Assembly: GCF_964213995.1 (NCBI RefSeq)
Contig: NC_135830.1
Location: 14,818,001-14,882,000 of the forward strand
Length of the DNA: 64,000 bases
Direction of reading: 5' to 3'
From: Mustelus asterias
Taxonomy: Eukaryota
Of the stretch, positions 49,266 to 61,961 are shown one piece after another. Both the position numbers and the translations under genes were made by a program. How positions within the stretch are numbered: position 1 is the stretch's first letter; every line of letters begins with the position of its first letter. The notes under the pieces are model-generated. The model did not search any database. It was given only the letters and a program-made list of their open reading frames with translations, and was not told where the DNA came from.

Positions 49266-49558
49266 CCTCACTGCACAGTAATAGATCGCCCCGTCCTCCA
49301 CAATGAGGGCGCTGATGTTGAGGTAACCATTCTGGTTAGACGTGTCAGAAGCCGCCAGATATCGTCCTGAAACTTTATTTTCTTTCAGTACTAATGTTTT
49401 GGTAATAATCCATCTTGGTGCCTGTGGCGGTTTTTGCTGATACCATTGCATGTAGTCCATACTCTTCTCTGTATATTTACAATCTAACTGCACCGAATCC
49501 CCTTCTGACGCGGCCATTGTCACCGGTGACTGCGTTACTGGATCTGCACACAGTCCGC
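49266..49558 (-). CDS. T-cell receptor alpha/delta-like variable (V) gene exon
   Basis: Acceptor ttctgaccttcacAG, then an open frame GLCADPVTQSP...VQLDCKY...MQWYQQKP..APRWII...YLNISAL..EDGAIYYCAVR with Cys23, Trp41 and Cys104, followed by a 23-RSS; no leader exon identified. Confidence 0.88.
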
Positions 49559-50804
49559 CTGTGAAGGTCAGAAAGATCAGAAATATGTCTGACTGAATAT
49601 CTTTCAGTGAATGAGAATGGACTTAGTCAGAGATTGAGAAAGAGAGAGGGAACCCAAGCTCTGTTCCGTTGATTGCAGCGTGTGAGTGAGTGTGTGTCAG
49701 TTTGTCTGTGTGGGTGTGATTGTGGGGAGGGGAAGGGGCAGTCTATTGTGACCTCACCACTCTACCATCCATACAGGCTCGAGTGATAATGTCACATGAG
49801 ATTATGACACCTCACCACTTCCACCCCACCCCCACCCCTACCCCCGCGTCCTCCACCTCCCCTCCGCACACCCAAAACCGGGCTTGAATTTGGCTCCCTC
49901 TTGTGACAAATGTTGTTTGTTGCAAGTTCACATTTGGCTGTTGAGTAGATTCAGGGTTCACTCCAATATATGACAAGACGGAAATGCTGCCCATGAATTC
50001 TGAATTGGTGCTCTGTAAACACTATCTTTGTTACGTTTCCTATTTATATCGTAAAATGATGCGAAACGTGCGGACATCAAAGCCAGAATTCTCTGTTCAA
50101 ATCCTGGGTATGACCAAGTCGAGAGTACACCAAGACTTTGGAAACAGTGCGGAATTGGAGAAGCCGATTCTGTGAGCAGGAGAGACTTGGATCCGAGGGC
50201 ACAGCCTCAAAGTAAATGGACGACACTTTAGAACAGAGATGAGGAAGAATTTCTGCTACCAGTAGGTGGTGAATCTTTGTAAATCATTACCACAGAAGAC
50301 TGTGGAGGTCAGGTGACTGATTAGATAGGTTCGAGTTTTAAGGGGATCAGAGGATACGGGAAAAAGGCAAGAAAATGAGGTTGAGAAACGTAGCAGCCAC
50401 GACTCATAACCTGCGTTACTGTCCTTTTAGTGTGGCTTTTGTTTGTTGTGTTCAGTAATTTTAGGTATAGCTTATACCATCAGGTAACATATATGTGCTG
50501 TACTGAATGATGCATCAACATCAAGATAAACTCACATGAAGAAAACATTTTCCATCTCAACTTACCAGAGAACTGCTCCTATTGTTTCCCCATCATCATG
50601 TCTAACTTTCTTAAATGATTGCAGTTGCCTGGTTTCAATCCCAGCCATTGGGAATGCACCTATGGTAAAACACTTTATGCACCTCTCGATGACCCTGCAC
50701 TACTTGAACCTACAATTAAAATTCTATCAAGTAGAAAAATTTAAATGATCACATTCCTCCCACATTACAGTCCCTGTTGTTTGCTTAGATTTGCATCTGC
50801 GTGC

Positions 50805-51080
50805 AATGTACAATGTACTTACAATGTACTCTATTGTAACTTACAATGGACTCGATTGTTACATACAATGGACTCTATGGTAACTTACAACAGAGTCCAT
50901 TGTAAGTTACAATGGAGTCCATTGTCAGTTACCATAGAGTGCATTGTAAGTTTCCATCGAGTCCATTGTAAGTTACAATAGAGCACATTGTAAGTTACAA
51001 TAGAGTACATGGTAAGTTACAACAGAGTCCATAGTAAGTTACCAAATAGTCCATTATAAGTTACAATAGAGTCCATTGTG
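50805..51080. repeat. Palindromic 22 bp minisatellite with an orientation switch
   Basis: Unit gagtccattgtaagttacaata; the first copies are the reverse complement (ttgtaacttacaatggactc). Confidence 0.85.
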
Positions 51081-51374
51081 GATACTCGCAATGTATTCTC
51101 GCTGGTTGTTATTGAGCTTTGTTGTTTGCGCTATTGTATTAAAAATGACATGTTTATTATTGATACTCTGTTATATTGTGTGTTTTCTCTATAATTTATT
51201 AATGTGGTTTGATATTGTATTCTGGTTTGTAATTTGAAAGTGTAATGTATATTGTCTTTGTAAGCTCTTTGATAAATAAAAATATTGACTCTCACTGATG
51301 GCTTTTGGAAATACGTTTTACATGGGATTAGAAGGGGAGCATTTAGACACACAGAACTCACACCAAGAGATATG

Positions 51375-52068
51375 TAGGATCAGAAGGACCTTGGGGTCCG
51401 GGTCCATAGGACTCTTAAATCGGCCTCGCAGGTGGAGGATGCGGTCAAGAAGGCGTATGGCGTACTAGCCTTCATTAATCGAGGGATTGAGTTTAGGAGT
51501 CGGGAGATAATGCTGCAGCTTTATAGGACCCTGGTTAGACCCCACTTGGAGTACTGCGCGCAGTTCTGGTCACCTCATTACAGGAAAGATGTTGAAGCCA
51601 TTGAAAGGGTGCAGAGGAGATTTACAAGGATGTTGCCTGGATTGGGGGGCATGCCTTATGAGGATAGGTTGAGGGAGCTTGGTCTCTTCTCCCTGGAGAG
51701 ACGAAGGATGAGAGGTGACCTGATAGAGGTTTACAAGATGTTGAGAGGTCTGGATAGGGTAGACTCTCAGAGGCTATTTCCAAGGGCTGAAATGGTTGCT
51801 ACGAGAGGACACAGGTTTAAGGTGCTGGGGGGTAGGTACAGAGGAGATGTCAGGGGTAAGTTTTTCACTCAGAGGGTGGTGGGTGAGTGGAATCGGCTGA
51901 CGTCGGTGGTGGTGGAGGCAAACTCGTTGGGGTCTTTTAAGAGACTTCTGGATGAGTACATGGGATTTAATGGGATTGGGGGCTATAGATAGGCCTAGAG
52001 GTAGGGATATGATCGGCGCAACTTGTGGGCCGAAGGGCCTGTTTGTGCTGTGGCTTTCTATGTTCTAT
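51375..52068 (+). mobile_element. 5'-truncated CR1 LINE (different subfamily)
   Basis: ORF 51432-51992 encodes the CR1 RT C-terminus; ttctatgttctatg tail. Confidence 0.92.
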
Positions 52069-53940
52069 GTATCTTCTCAATTTATATCCTGCTCTGACGA
52101 TGTTGACTTCTTTTGTTTTTACAGGCTATTAGAAGATCAACATTAAAAACCAAACCAAACATCAGATTGGAACCTGACGGATTCACTCAATTCATCAGAA
52201 CCCGAATGTAAGTGTGTCATGAAGGGATGCGAAATTAAGAATGCAAATTTTAAGTTGATTTGCTCTTTACCCAGAACCTGTGTAGGTCAGTGAGTAGAGG
52301 AATTTAGATAGCTACAAATTTACCATGGGTTGACTGTGGGAGGCTGGTCAGTCAAGTCTCAAGGAAATAAAGGAACAAATGAAAGTTTCAGGAACAGGAG
52401 CTGAGGCAGCGTCATGTTGAGCGATGTTACTAGGATTCGTTCGGAACAGGAATGGAGTTAATTAAAACCACATTGATTTTTCCTCTCGTCAGCTCTCCGT
52501 GAACTGAAATAAGTTTTTTGGTTTCACTACTCCTGTATAAGTGGGGGCATATTTCCCAACCCCTTGAGGCAGGGTGAACTCAAATGGTTTGTTTATTTAC
52601 ATTCATTTAATGAAAATGCAACAAGAGGGTCTCAGCATTGACCTTTTGTATTCATACAGAAATGTTGGACAGAGAAAGGAAAGACTTACAGAGCAGAGAT
52701 CACAGAAAACAATTGTGTTGCACATGGTTCCACAGTCCAGAATTACAACGTCTCTTCAGGGATGATGAAGTGTGTGTTTCCATGCTCCAACCAGATATTT
52801 CCCTTTGTTCAGAAATCACAGACAGACATAATTTCAGGATTTTAAAAAGGTCTGTGTCCAGTTTTGAAGGTGTTACCAACATCCGTTACCAATATCAATT
52901 GTATTTTATGGTGTGAGGTCTCAGTCCCGTCACCAGTGGAAATCCATTCTTGGAGATGGCACAGATGTGTGGTTGGAAGGGCATCTTGGGGTGAGACTCA
53001 GGACAATGCTCTGAAAACGCAGGTTCAAATCCCGCCACGGCTTGTGGTGGAATTTGAAGTTAATATCAGTCTGAAATTGAAAGTCTAATGATGAAAAAGA
53101 TTAAATATTGATATTATTGATAAAAACCCATCTGGTTGACTAATGCGGCTGAGGAAAAAAATATCTGCTGTCCTCACCTGGTCTGGCCGACATGCATCAC
53201 CAGATCTGCAGCAATCTAGTTGAAGCTGAAAGCACCTTTGATGTTTCAAACTGCTACAAAGTTACTAACAAGGTAATAAGAACAAAGCATCATAAGAACT
53301 AGGAACAGGAGTCGGTCATCTGGCCTCTCGAGCCTGTATACCCTCCAAAGTCAGATTTAGAAAAAAATATTTCACCATTAGTGTGAACATTCTGATTCAG
53401 CCTCAGACAGTTGCCAGGGAGTGAGCTGGTGTTGGTGGAGTTTGGAGCGCAAACTGAAGACAATGGCTTCATGTTTCTCACTGTTTAAATGGAGGAAGTT
53501 TATCTTAATCCAGGACTGGATCTCAGTTCAGTTATAATAGTTTCTGACTTGGAGGTGATGATGTTCACATACACATGCAAACCTGGTCGTTCTATGTGGG
53601 GGCTGTTGAGGGTTTCAGACATTCTATCTGGTTGTACGTACATAAAACTCCTCTCTGTCATCTCTTCTCCTCCCACCTCTCTTCACCCATCCACTTGCTC
53701 CGTCCTCCCATCGAAGTCCCGGTCTTGTGTAGGTTCAGACCGGGTCACAGATTTCCTTCTCTGAAGGACATTAGTGACCCATTTGTGCTTGTACAACAAT
53801 CCAGCAGCTTTCATGTCAATTGTTCCCTCGTGCAGGCCCAAAAATTACCAGATTCATTCTGCTCAATTCCACAACCCGCCTTTTTGTTTTTGTGGGTTCT
53901 CTCTCACACCTTTTTCTTCTGTTTCCAATCAATTTCACAG

Positions 53941-54609
<669 letters not shown>

Positions 54610-54687
54610 ACCTTGTTCATTGGAATCTGATTCTGCTGATCCTGACTGGTGGTCTACCTCAAATATCCTGCCTCAAAATCAAATAAA

Positions 54688-55405
54688 TCAGTGGTACAGT
54701 GAGGTGCTGAGGTGACCATCCTTAATGGAGATGCGTGTGTCCAAGAATGCTACCGATTCTGGAGAGTAGTCCATGGTGAGTCTGATGGTGGGATGGAACT
54801 TGTTGATGTCATCATATAGTTGTTTCAGTGATTGTTCGCCATTAGTCCAAAGGAAGAAAATGTCATCGATGTATCTCGTGTATAGCATCGGTTGTAGGTC
54901 CTGTGTGGTGAAGAAGTTTTGTTCGAACCTGTGCATGAAGATGTTGGCATATTGAGGTGCGAATATGGTCCAAATGGCTGTTCCGTGTGTCTGGATGAAG
55001 AACTGGTTGTTGAAGGTGAAGTCATTGTGGTCCAGGATGAAGCGGATGAGTTATAAAATTGCATCTGGAAATTGGCAGTTGTCGGTGTTGAATACTGAGG
55101 CAGTTGCAGCAATGCCATCATCGTGGGGGATGCTGGTGTAGAGTGCCGAGACATCCATTGTGACGAGGAGTGCTCCTGGTTCAACTGCTCCATGTGTGCT
55201 GAGTTTCTGTAGGAAGTCCGTAGTGTCGTGACAAAAGCTGGGGGTTCTTTGTACAATGGGTTTCAGGATGCCCTCGACATAGCCGGAGAGGTTCTCGCAC
55301 AGGATCCCATTGCCCGATACGATGGGACGGCCGGGTGTGTTTGCCTTGTGTATCTTCGGGAGGCAGTAGAGATCTCCAAGGCGGGGAGTACGTGGGATGA
55401 GAGCA
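54688..55405 (-). mobile_element. Penelope-like RT fragment
   Basis: YTRYIDDIFFLW, INKFHPTIRL and FLDTRIS motifs; a PLE terminus fragment also lies at about 55618-55690. Confidence 0.88.
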
Positions 55406-55759
55406 CGGAGGGTTCTGTTGTCTCCTCATTAAATCTTTGAATTCTTCCGGTTTGGTTAAATTTGAAACACAAAGTTTGCAGTGGGCTTTGAAGCGGGAAA
55501 ATTCTCCTGTAAAGTTGCGGGGAAATGAGTGTGAATCCCCCAGCCCCGGACAGAGGGCAACTGACCATCCATCTCTAGCTCTAATTTCCAAACAGAAAAT
55601 GCTGCCAATAATCAGCAATGATGTGGAGATGCCGGCGTTGGACTGGGGTAAATACAGTAAGAAATTGGACTTTAACCTGGTGTTGTCAGACTTCGTACAA
55701 TAATCAGCAAGGCAGCCTGAGTCTGTGGCCGCTCCCACCATCTGAAACTGTCACAATGC

Positions 55760-56200
55760 CTGGCTGATTGACGGGAGGCTCCAGACCAATGGAGAGAGAG
55801 GGGGCGGGACTGGAGGACTTCGCGGGAGCGGCTGGTCCTCCAACCAATGGGAGTGAATGAAGGGCGGGGCTTGAAGTGGAGCATGCGCTGTGTGAGTAAT
55901 GGCGAGGGAGATTGAGGTAGGATGTACATTGGACTGGTCGGTAAGTGGATGGAATGGCGGCTCCGAGAGAGCGATGAATCCGGTGGGTGGGTGGAGAGGA
56001 TTCGGAGCCAGGTGATGTAAAACGTAAATTCAGAAAATGGAATCCCCTGTTCTCGTTTGCAGCCAGCGGAGCCCAGTTTTTTTCCCGTTTCTGCCCCGAG
56101 TTCACGGCCATGTTTCCAGTGGGCGCTGTGCGCCTGCGCCTACTCACCTGAGGAGCACTGTGAGGACAGCGCATGCCCAGTCCCCATGTCTGTCTGGGTT
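55760..56200 (+). promoter_or_regulatory. CpG-rich housekeeping-type promoter (CCAAT, GC boxes, NRF1-like and YY1-like sites)
   Basis: CCAAT at 55786 and 55844; GGGCGGG at about 55802 and 55862; GCATGCGC at 55881; AATGGCGGC at about 55953; TGCGCCTGCGC at about 56129. Confidence 0.6.
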
Positions 56201-56409
56201 TGACCAAAGGGCAGAGGTGAGGAGTGTTTCAGAGGGGATGTGAGGAAAGAATGTTTACCAGACTTGGCCGGAAATATGGAACTCGCTGCCTGAATGGATG
56301 GTGGAGGCAGGGAGCCTCTCCTTTCAGAAGCATCTGGACAATTATTTAAATCGCCAAGGTATCGGGGGCGATAATCCAAGTGCAAGTAAATGGGATTAGT
56401 ATAGATTGG

Positions 56410-58125
56410 AAGTGAGGGGGGCTGGTGCGGGAGTGAGGGGGGCTGGTGCGGGAGTGAGGGGGGCTGGTGCGGGAGTGAGGGGGGCTGGTGGGGATTGGTG
56501 GAAGGGTGGGGGCCGTTGGGGTGGATGGGGTGTGGGTTGAGGGGGCGTGGGGGGAGGGGGTGCGGGAGTCGGAGGGGGAGGGGGTGTGGGGGTCATTGGG
56601 GGAGGGGGTGTGGGGGTCATTGGGGGAGGGTGGGAGGGGGTGGGGGGCGGGGTGGGCTGGGGGGTGGGAGGGGGAGGAGGGGGTTGGGGTGTGGGGGTCA
56701 TTGTGGGGACGGGTGGGAGGGAATGGGGGTGGGGGTTGTTGTGGGGATGGGTGGGTGGGAGGGAGTGGGGGTGGGGGTTGTTGGGGCGGCTGGGGTGGGA
56801 TGGAGGGGTGAGTGGGTGGGGAGGAGGGGGCAGTTGGGGGGGACATGTCGTCGGGGGGAGGTGGGTGGTGGTCGTTGGGGGGGGAGGTGGCGTGGGGGTC
56901 GTTGGGGGGGTGGGGACCATTGGGGGGGTGGGGACGGTTGGAGGGGAGTGGACGTGGGGGCGGTTGGGGAGGAGGGGGCGGGTGGGAGCGTGGGGGCAGT
57001 TGGGGGGGAGGTGTGGTTGTGGAAGAGTGGACGTGGGGGCGGTTGGGGGAGAGGGGGCATGGGGCGGTTGGGGGAGGGGGCGGGTGGGAGCGTGGGGACG
57101 TTTGGGGGAGAGGGGGGAGGGGGCGGGTCGGGGGGAAGGGGGTGTGGGGGGCGGTTGGGGGAGAGGGCTGTGGGGGGGTGGTTGGGGGGGAGGGGGTGTG
57201 GGGGGAGGGGGCGGTTGGGGCATTGAGGGTGGTTGTGGGGAGGGGGCGGTTGGGGGGGAGGGGGCGGTTGTGGAAGAGTGGCCGTGGGGGCGGTTGGGGG
57301 GGAGGGGGCATGGGGCGGTTGGGGGGTGGGGGCGGTTGGGGGGAGGGGGCGGGTGGGAGCGTTGGGGGGGTGGGGGTAGTTGGGGAGAGGGGGGGTGGGG
57401 GCGGTTGGGGGGAGGGGGTGGTGGGGGCATTTGGGGGGAGGGGGCGGGTGGGGGGGAAGGGGGTGTGGGGGCGGTTGGGGGCAGTGAGGGTGGTTGTAGG
57501 GAGGGGGCGGTTGGGGGGAGGGGGCACGAGGGTTAGGGTGTGTTTGGGGGTAGGGGACCTGGTGGCAGTTGGGGGGGAGGGAGCGTGGGGGCGGTGGTTT
57601 GGAGGGGGCGGTTGGGGGGAAGGGGACATGGGGGCGGTTGGGGGGGGAGGAGGCGGTTCGAGGGGAGGGGCGGTTGGGGTGGAGGGGCGGGGGGGTTCGT
57701 GGTGGGGGTTGTTGGGGGGAGGGGGTGAGGGTTGGTTGAGGGGGAGGGTTCGGTGTGGGGGGAGTGGGCGTGGGGGGGGTGTAGGTTGGGTGGGGGAGGG
57801 GGTGTGGGGTTGGTTTGGGGGAGGGGCATGAAGGTGGGGAGTAGGGGGAAGCTGGGGTGATGTCGGGAGGGGAGTGGGGTGAGGTTGAGAAAGAGAAGCG
57901 AGGTTGGGGGTGGGTGTTGGGTTGTGAGAGGGGTGGGTGTAAGGGGGAGGGAAGGGTTGAGAGGGGGTGGGGACAGCAGTGGGGGTGAGGGGAGGGGTTT
58001 GGGAGAGGTGTTGGGGAAGCGGAGAGGGAGCTTTTGGGGTGGGGAGGGAAGTGGTATAGGGTTTTGGGGAGGGAGATGGGGTCGGAGTTAGTGATAGTGC
58101 TGGGGGAGGGCGGGTGAGGGGAGAG
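56410..58125 (+). repeat. 1.7 kb G-rich low-complexity tract starting with a 21 bp tandem repeat
   Basis: Dense G3-G8 runs; the agtgaggggggctggtgcggg-type unit occurs about four times at 56410-56490; recurrent gggggcggttggggg. Confidence 0.9.
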
Positions 58126-58361
58126 AGCCATTCCCTGAGTGAAGCACTGGGATATAGTGCTGGGAATGTGGAAGCCATTACCAGCAGAGTTTGAGATCTA
58201 TGTCTGAGCCAAAAATATAGAGGTAACTCACACTGTAACCAGATTGTTAACCAGCTGCGGGAGGAAAGAAACTCACTCTACAGGCATGATAGGTGCTTGA
58301 TGGCTGGCGCTGACACAGTAATGGTCACTTACTGTGCTGTGGACCACATGAGTCCATTGTC

Positions 58362-58678
58362 AGGTGGAACAGTGGTTCGCATTGCTGCCTCACAGCGCCA
58401 GGAACCCGGGTTAGATTCCCGGCTTGGGTAACTGCCTTTCCAGAGTCTGCACATCCTCCCTGTATTTGCATCGGTTTCCCGGATACTCTGGATTTCTCCC
58501 ACAATTCAAAGATGTGTAGGTTAGGTGGATTGGCCATGCTAAATTGCCCCTTAATGCCAGGGGGATTAGTAGGGTAAATACATGGGGTGACGGGTATAGG
58601 GCCTGAGGGGGATTGTTGTCGGTGAAGGCTTGATGGGCTGAATGGCCTTTCCTGGGACTGTCGGGATTCTGTGATTCT
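58362..58678 (+). mobile_element. HE1-type SINE
   Basis: tgctgcctcacagcgccagg..ttcccggcttggg head and tail. Confidence 0.82.
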
Positions 58679-58935
58679 AACTGTACGGAACTGCTGTTGT
58701 AATGGCACAAGCCATCGGCAAGACCACATCTGGAGTACCACACACAATTTTAGTCCCCTTACTTTTCTTGCAGGACAATTGGTGAAGATTCTTAGACAGG
58801 AAACTCGATCCAAGCATCACATCGAAGTTGGACAGAATCACTCGATTTGTCAGGACTTGGATATTATCAGCCTCTGAGTGTAAGTATTGAATTCCAGGTC
58901 ATTACCACTCACTGTGTAAAAATTCTTCTCCACAT

Positions 58936-59830
58936 ATTTGATTTGATTTATTGTCACATCTTTAGTATACAGTCAACGTATTACTTCTTGCGCACCATAC
59001 AAACAAAGCATAACATTCATAGAGAAGGAAGGGAGAGTGTGCAGAATCTAGTGCTACAGTCATAGCTAGGGTGTTGAGAAAGATCAACGTAATGCAGGGT
59101 AGGTCCATTCAAAAGTCTGATGGGAGCAGGGAAGAAGCTGTTCTTGAGTCGGTTGGTACGTGACCTCAGACTTGTGTACCTTTTTTTTCCGGTCGTAGAG
59201 AGTATGTCCTGGGTGCGTGGGCTGCTTAATTATGCTGGCTGCTTTTCCCGAGGCAGCGGGAAGTGTGGACGGTATCAACGGGTGGGAGACTGGTTTGTAT
59301 GATAAACTGGGCTTCGTTCACAACCCTTTGTCATTTTTTGCAGTCTTGGGCAGAGCAGGAGCCATACCAAGCTGTGATAGAGCCAGAAACAATGCTTTCT
59401 ATGGTGCATCTATAAAAGCTGGTGAGAGTCATAGCAGGCATGCCAAATTTCCTTGGCCTCCTGAGAAAGTTAGTGAGCTTTCTTAACTTTGGCCTCGGCA
59501 TGGGGGGACCAGGACAGGTGGTCGATGATCTGAGCATGTAAAAAGTTGAAGCTCTTGACCATTTCTACTTTGTCCCCTTTGATGTAGACAGGGGCATGTC
59601 CTCCACTACGCTTCCTGAAGGCAATGATTATCATCTTCATTTTGCTGATAATCAGGGAGAGATTATTGTCGTTGCACCAGTTCACCAGATTCTCCATCAC
59701 CAGATTCTCCTGTTCGCCGTCTCATCATTGTTTGAAATCCGACCCACTATGGTGGTGTCATCAGCAAACTTGAAAATCAAGTTGGAGGGGAATTTGGCCA
59801 CACAGTCATAGGTGTATAAGGAGTATAGTA
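58936..59830 (-). mobile_element. Rex1/Babar-type LINE fragment
   Basis: NLVNWCNDNNLSL and FYRCTIESIVSGSITAWYG. Confidence 0.82.
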
Positions 59831-60474
59831 AGGAGCCTTGAATCTACTTTGCTTCAAGGAGAACCCCAGTTTCTCTACCCACAGTGGTAGCCGTATGTGC
59901 CATCTCCACAATGCACTGCAACAACACACCAGGTTCCTTCGGCAACACATTCCAAGCGGTGACGTGGACTTCTAAGGACAAGGGCAGCAAATGCAAAGGA
60001 ACCTGCAAGATTTCACTCCAAGTCACACAGTATCTTGACTTGGAACTATATTGGTGTATGACCTGGAGGGGAACTTGAGGATGAGGATGTTCAGATACAC
60101 CTATGACTATCTTGGTGGTGGAGAATGAGGTTTTAGAGGATTCTGTCAGAATTCTGGTTAAGAGGTGACTATATAATATCTCTCCTTCACCCTCTTCTTC
60201 ACCAACTTCTATCTCTCCCTCTCTTGTTCGCTCAACCTCTCCTACTTTGTGGACCAGGGTCTTGTGCAATCCCAGATCACATTTCAGGTTCCCTTCCCTA
60301 AAGGACATTCGTGAATCAGTTGGGTTTTTATGACGATCCAACAGCTTTCATGGTCACTTTTTCCGAGTGCCGGCCTACAAATTACCAGATTCAATCTGCT
60401 CAATTTCACAGCCTGTGTTTGTGGGTTCTCTTTCACCCCCTTTTGTTCTGTTTTAAATTAATTTCACGGGGTAT

Positions 60475-61910
60475 TTTTTTTTATTCATTCGTGGGACACG
60501 GGCGTCGCTGGCTGGCCAGCATTTATTGCCCATCCCTAGTTGCCCTTGAGAAGGTGGTGGTGAGCTGCCTCCTTGAATCGCTGCAGTCCATGTTCTGTGG
60601 GTTGACCCACAATGCCGTTAGGGAGGGAATTCCAGGATTTTGATCCAGTGATTGAAGGAACGGTGATATATTTCCAAGTCAGGATGGTGAGTGGCTTGGA
60701 GGGGAACTTGCAGGTGGTGGTGTTCCCATGTATCTGCTGCCCTTGTCCTTCTAGATGGAAATGGTCGTGGGTTTGGAAGGTGCTGTCTAAGGATCTTTGG
60801 TGAACTGCTGCAGTGCATCTTGTAGATAGTACACACTGCTGCTAATGAATGTCGGTGGTGGAGGGATTGAATGTTTATAGATGTGGTACCAATCCAGCAG
60901 GCTACTTTGTCCTGGATGGTGTCAAGCTTCTTGTGTGTTGTTGGAGCTGCACCACCCCGGCAAGTGGGGAGTATTCCATCACACTCCTGACTTGTGCCTT
61001 GTAGATGGTGGATAGACTTTGGGGAGTCAGGCAGTGAGTTGCTCACTGCAGTATTTCTGACCTTCTTTTGTCGCACTGTGTTAATCTGGTGAATCCAGTT
61101 GAGTTTCTGGTTAATGGTAATCCCAAGTATGTTGACAGTGGGGGATTCAGTGATGGTTACACCATTGAATGTGAAGGGGCGGTGGTTAGAATGTCTCTTA
61201 TTGGCGATGGTCATCGCCTGGCATTTGTGTGGCGTGAATGTTACTTGCCACTTGTCAACCCAAGCCTGGATATTGTCCAGATCTTGTTGCATTTGCACAT
61301 GGACTGCTTCAGTCTGACGAGTCGCGAATAGTGTTGAACATTGTGCAATCTTCGACGAACATCCCCACTTCTGATCTTATGAAGGTGGGAAGTTCATTGA
61401 TGAAGTAGCTGAAGATTATTGGGCTGAGGACACTACCCTGAGGGACTCCTGCAGAGACGTCCTGGAGCTGAGATGACTGACCCTCCACAACCATCTTCCT
61501 ATATACCAGGTTTGACTCCACCCAGCCAAGTGTTAGCCCCTTGATACCCATTGATTTCAGTTTTGCTTGGACTCCTTGATGCCACACTTGGTCGAATGTG
61601 GCCTTGATGTCAAGGGCTGTCACTCTCACCTCACCTCTGGAACTCAGCTCTCTTGTCCATGTCTGGCCCAAGGCTATAAAGAGGTCAGGAGCTGAGTGAC
61701 CCTGGCGAAACCCAAACTTGGCCACTAAGGTTGAGACAATCCAATCCGCTGTCTCTGCTGCTTCCCTCCCATCCACTAGCCCCCTGGACAAACTGTTGGA
61801 GCTGCACCACCCAGGCAAGTGGGGAGTATTCCATCTCACTCCTGACTTGTGCCTTGTAGATGGCGGATAGGCTTTGGGGAGTCAGGAGGTGAGTTGCTTG
61901 CTGCAGTTTT
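60475..61910 (-). mobile_element. CR1/L2-group LINE distinct from the HER1 type, rearranged
   Basis: [31 protein letters not shown] and QQDLDNIQAW.DKWQVTF; A-rich tail at about 60475; about 60938-61055 is repeated at about 61795-61905. Confidence 0.82.
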
Positions 61911-61961
61911 GCCTTGTTTGAGCCTTGAACTCGCATCTTTCTTTACTTTCTTTTCCATGTC

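Noticed and set aside
49266-49558. IgNAR/NARTCR-type V domain
   Set aside because: The Trp41 to Cys104 spacing is 56 residues with a C' strand present, so there is no NAR-type CDR2 deletion.
50560-50600. Leader exon for the V gene (GTAAGT donor, phase 1, in-frame ATG)
   Set aside because: It has an in-frame TAG and is not hydrophobic. A second candidate at about 49628-49670 lacks both ATG and GT.
50805-51080. CRISPR-like palindromic repeats
   Set aside because: There are no unique spacers and no cas genes, and the context is eukaryotic; it is a tandem minisatellite.
56410-58125. Immunoglobulin switch region
   Set aside because: It is G-rich but lacks dense AGCT/WGCW motifs, and no constant exons are nearby.
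56346-58178. Long Pro-rich and Gly-rich ORFs (up to 610 aa)
   Set aside because: They are open in many frames on both strands only because the G/C low-complexity tract lacks stop codons; there is no domain signal.
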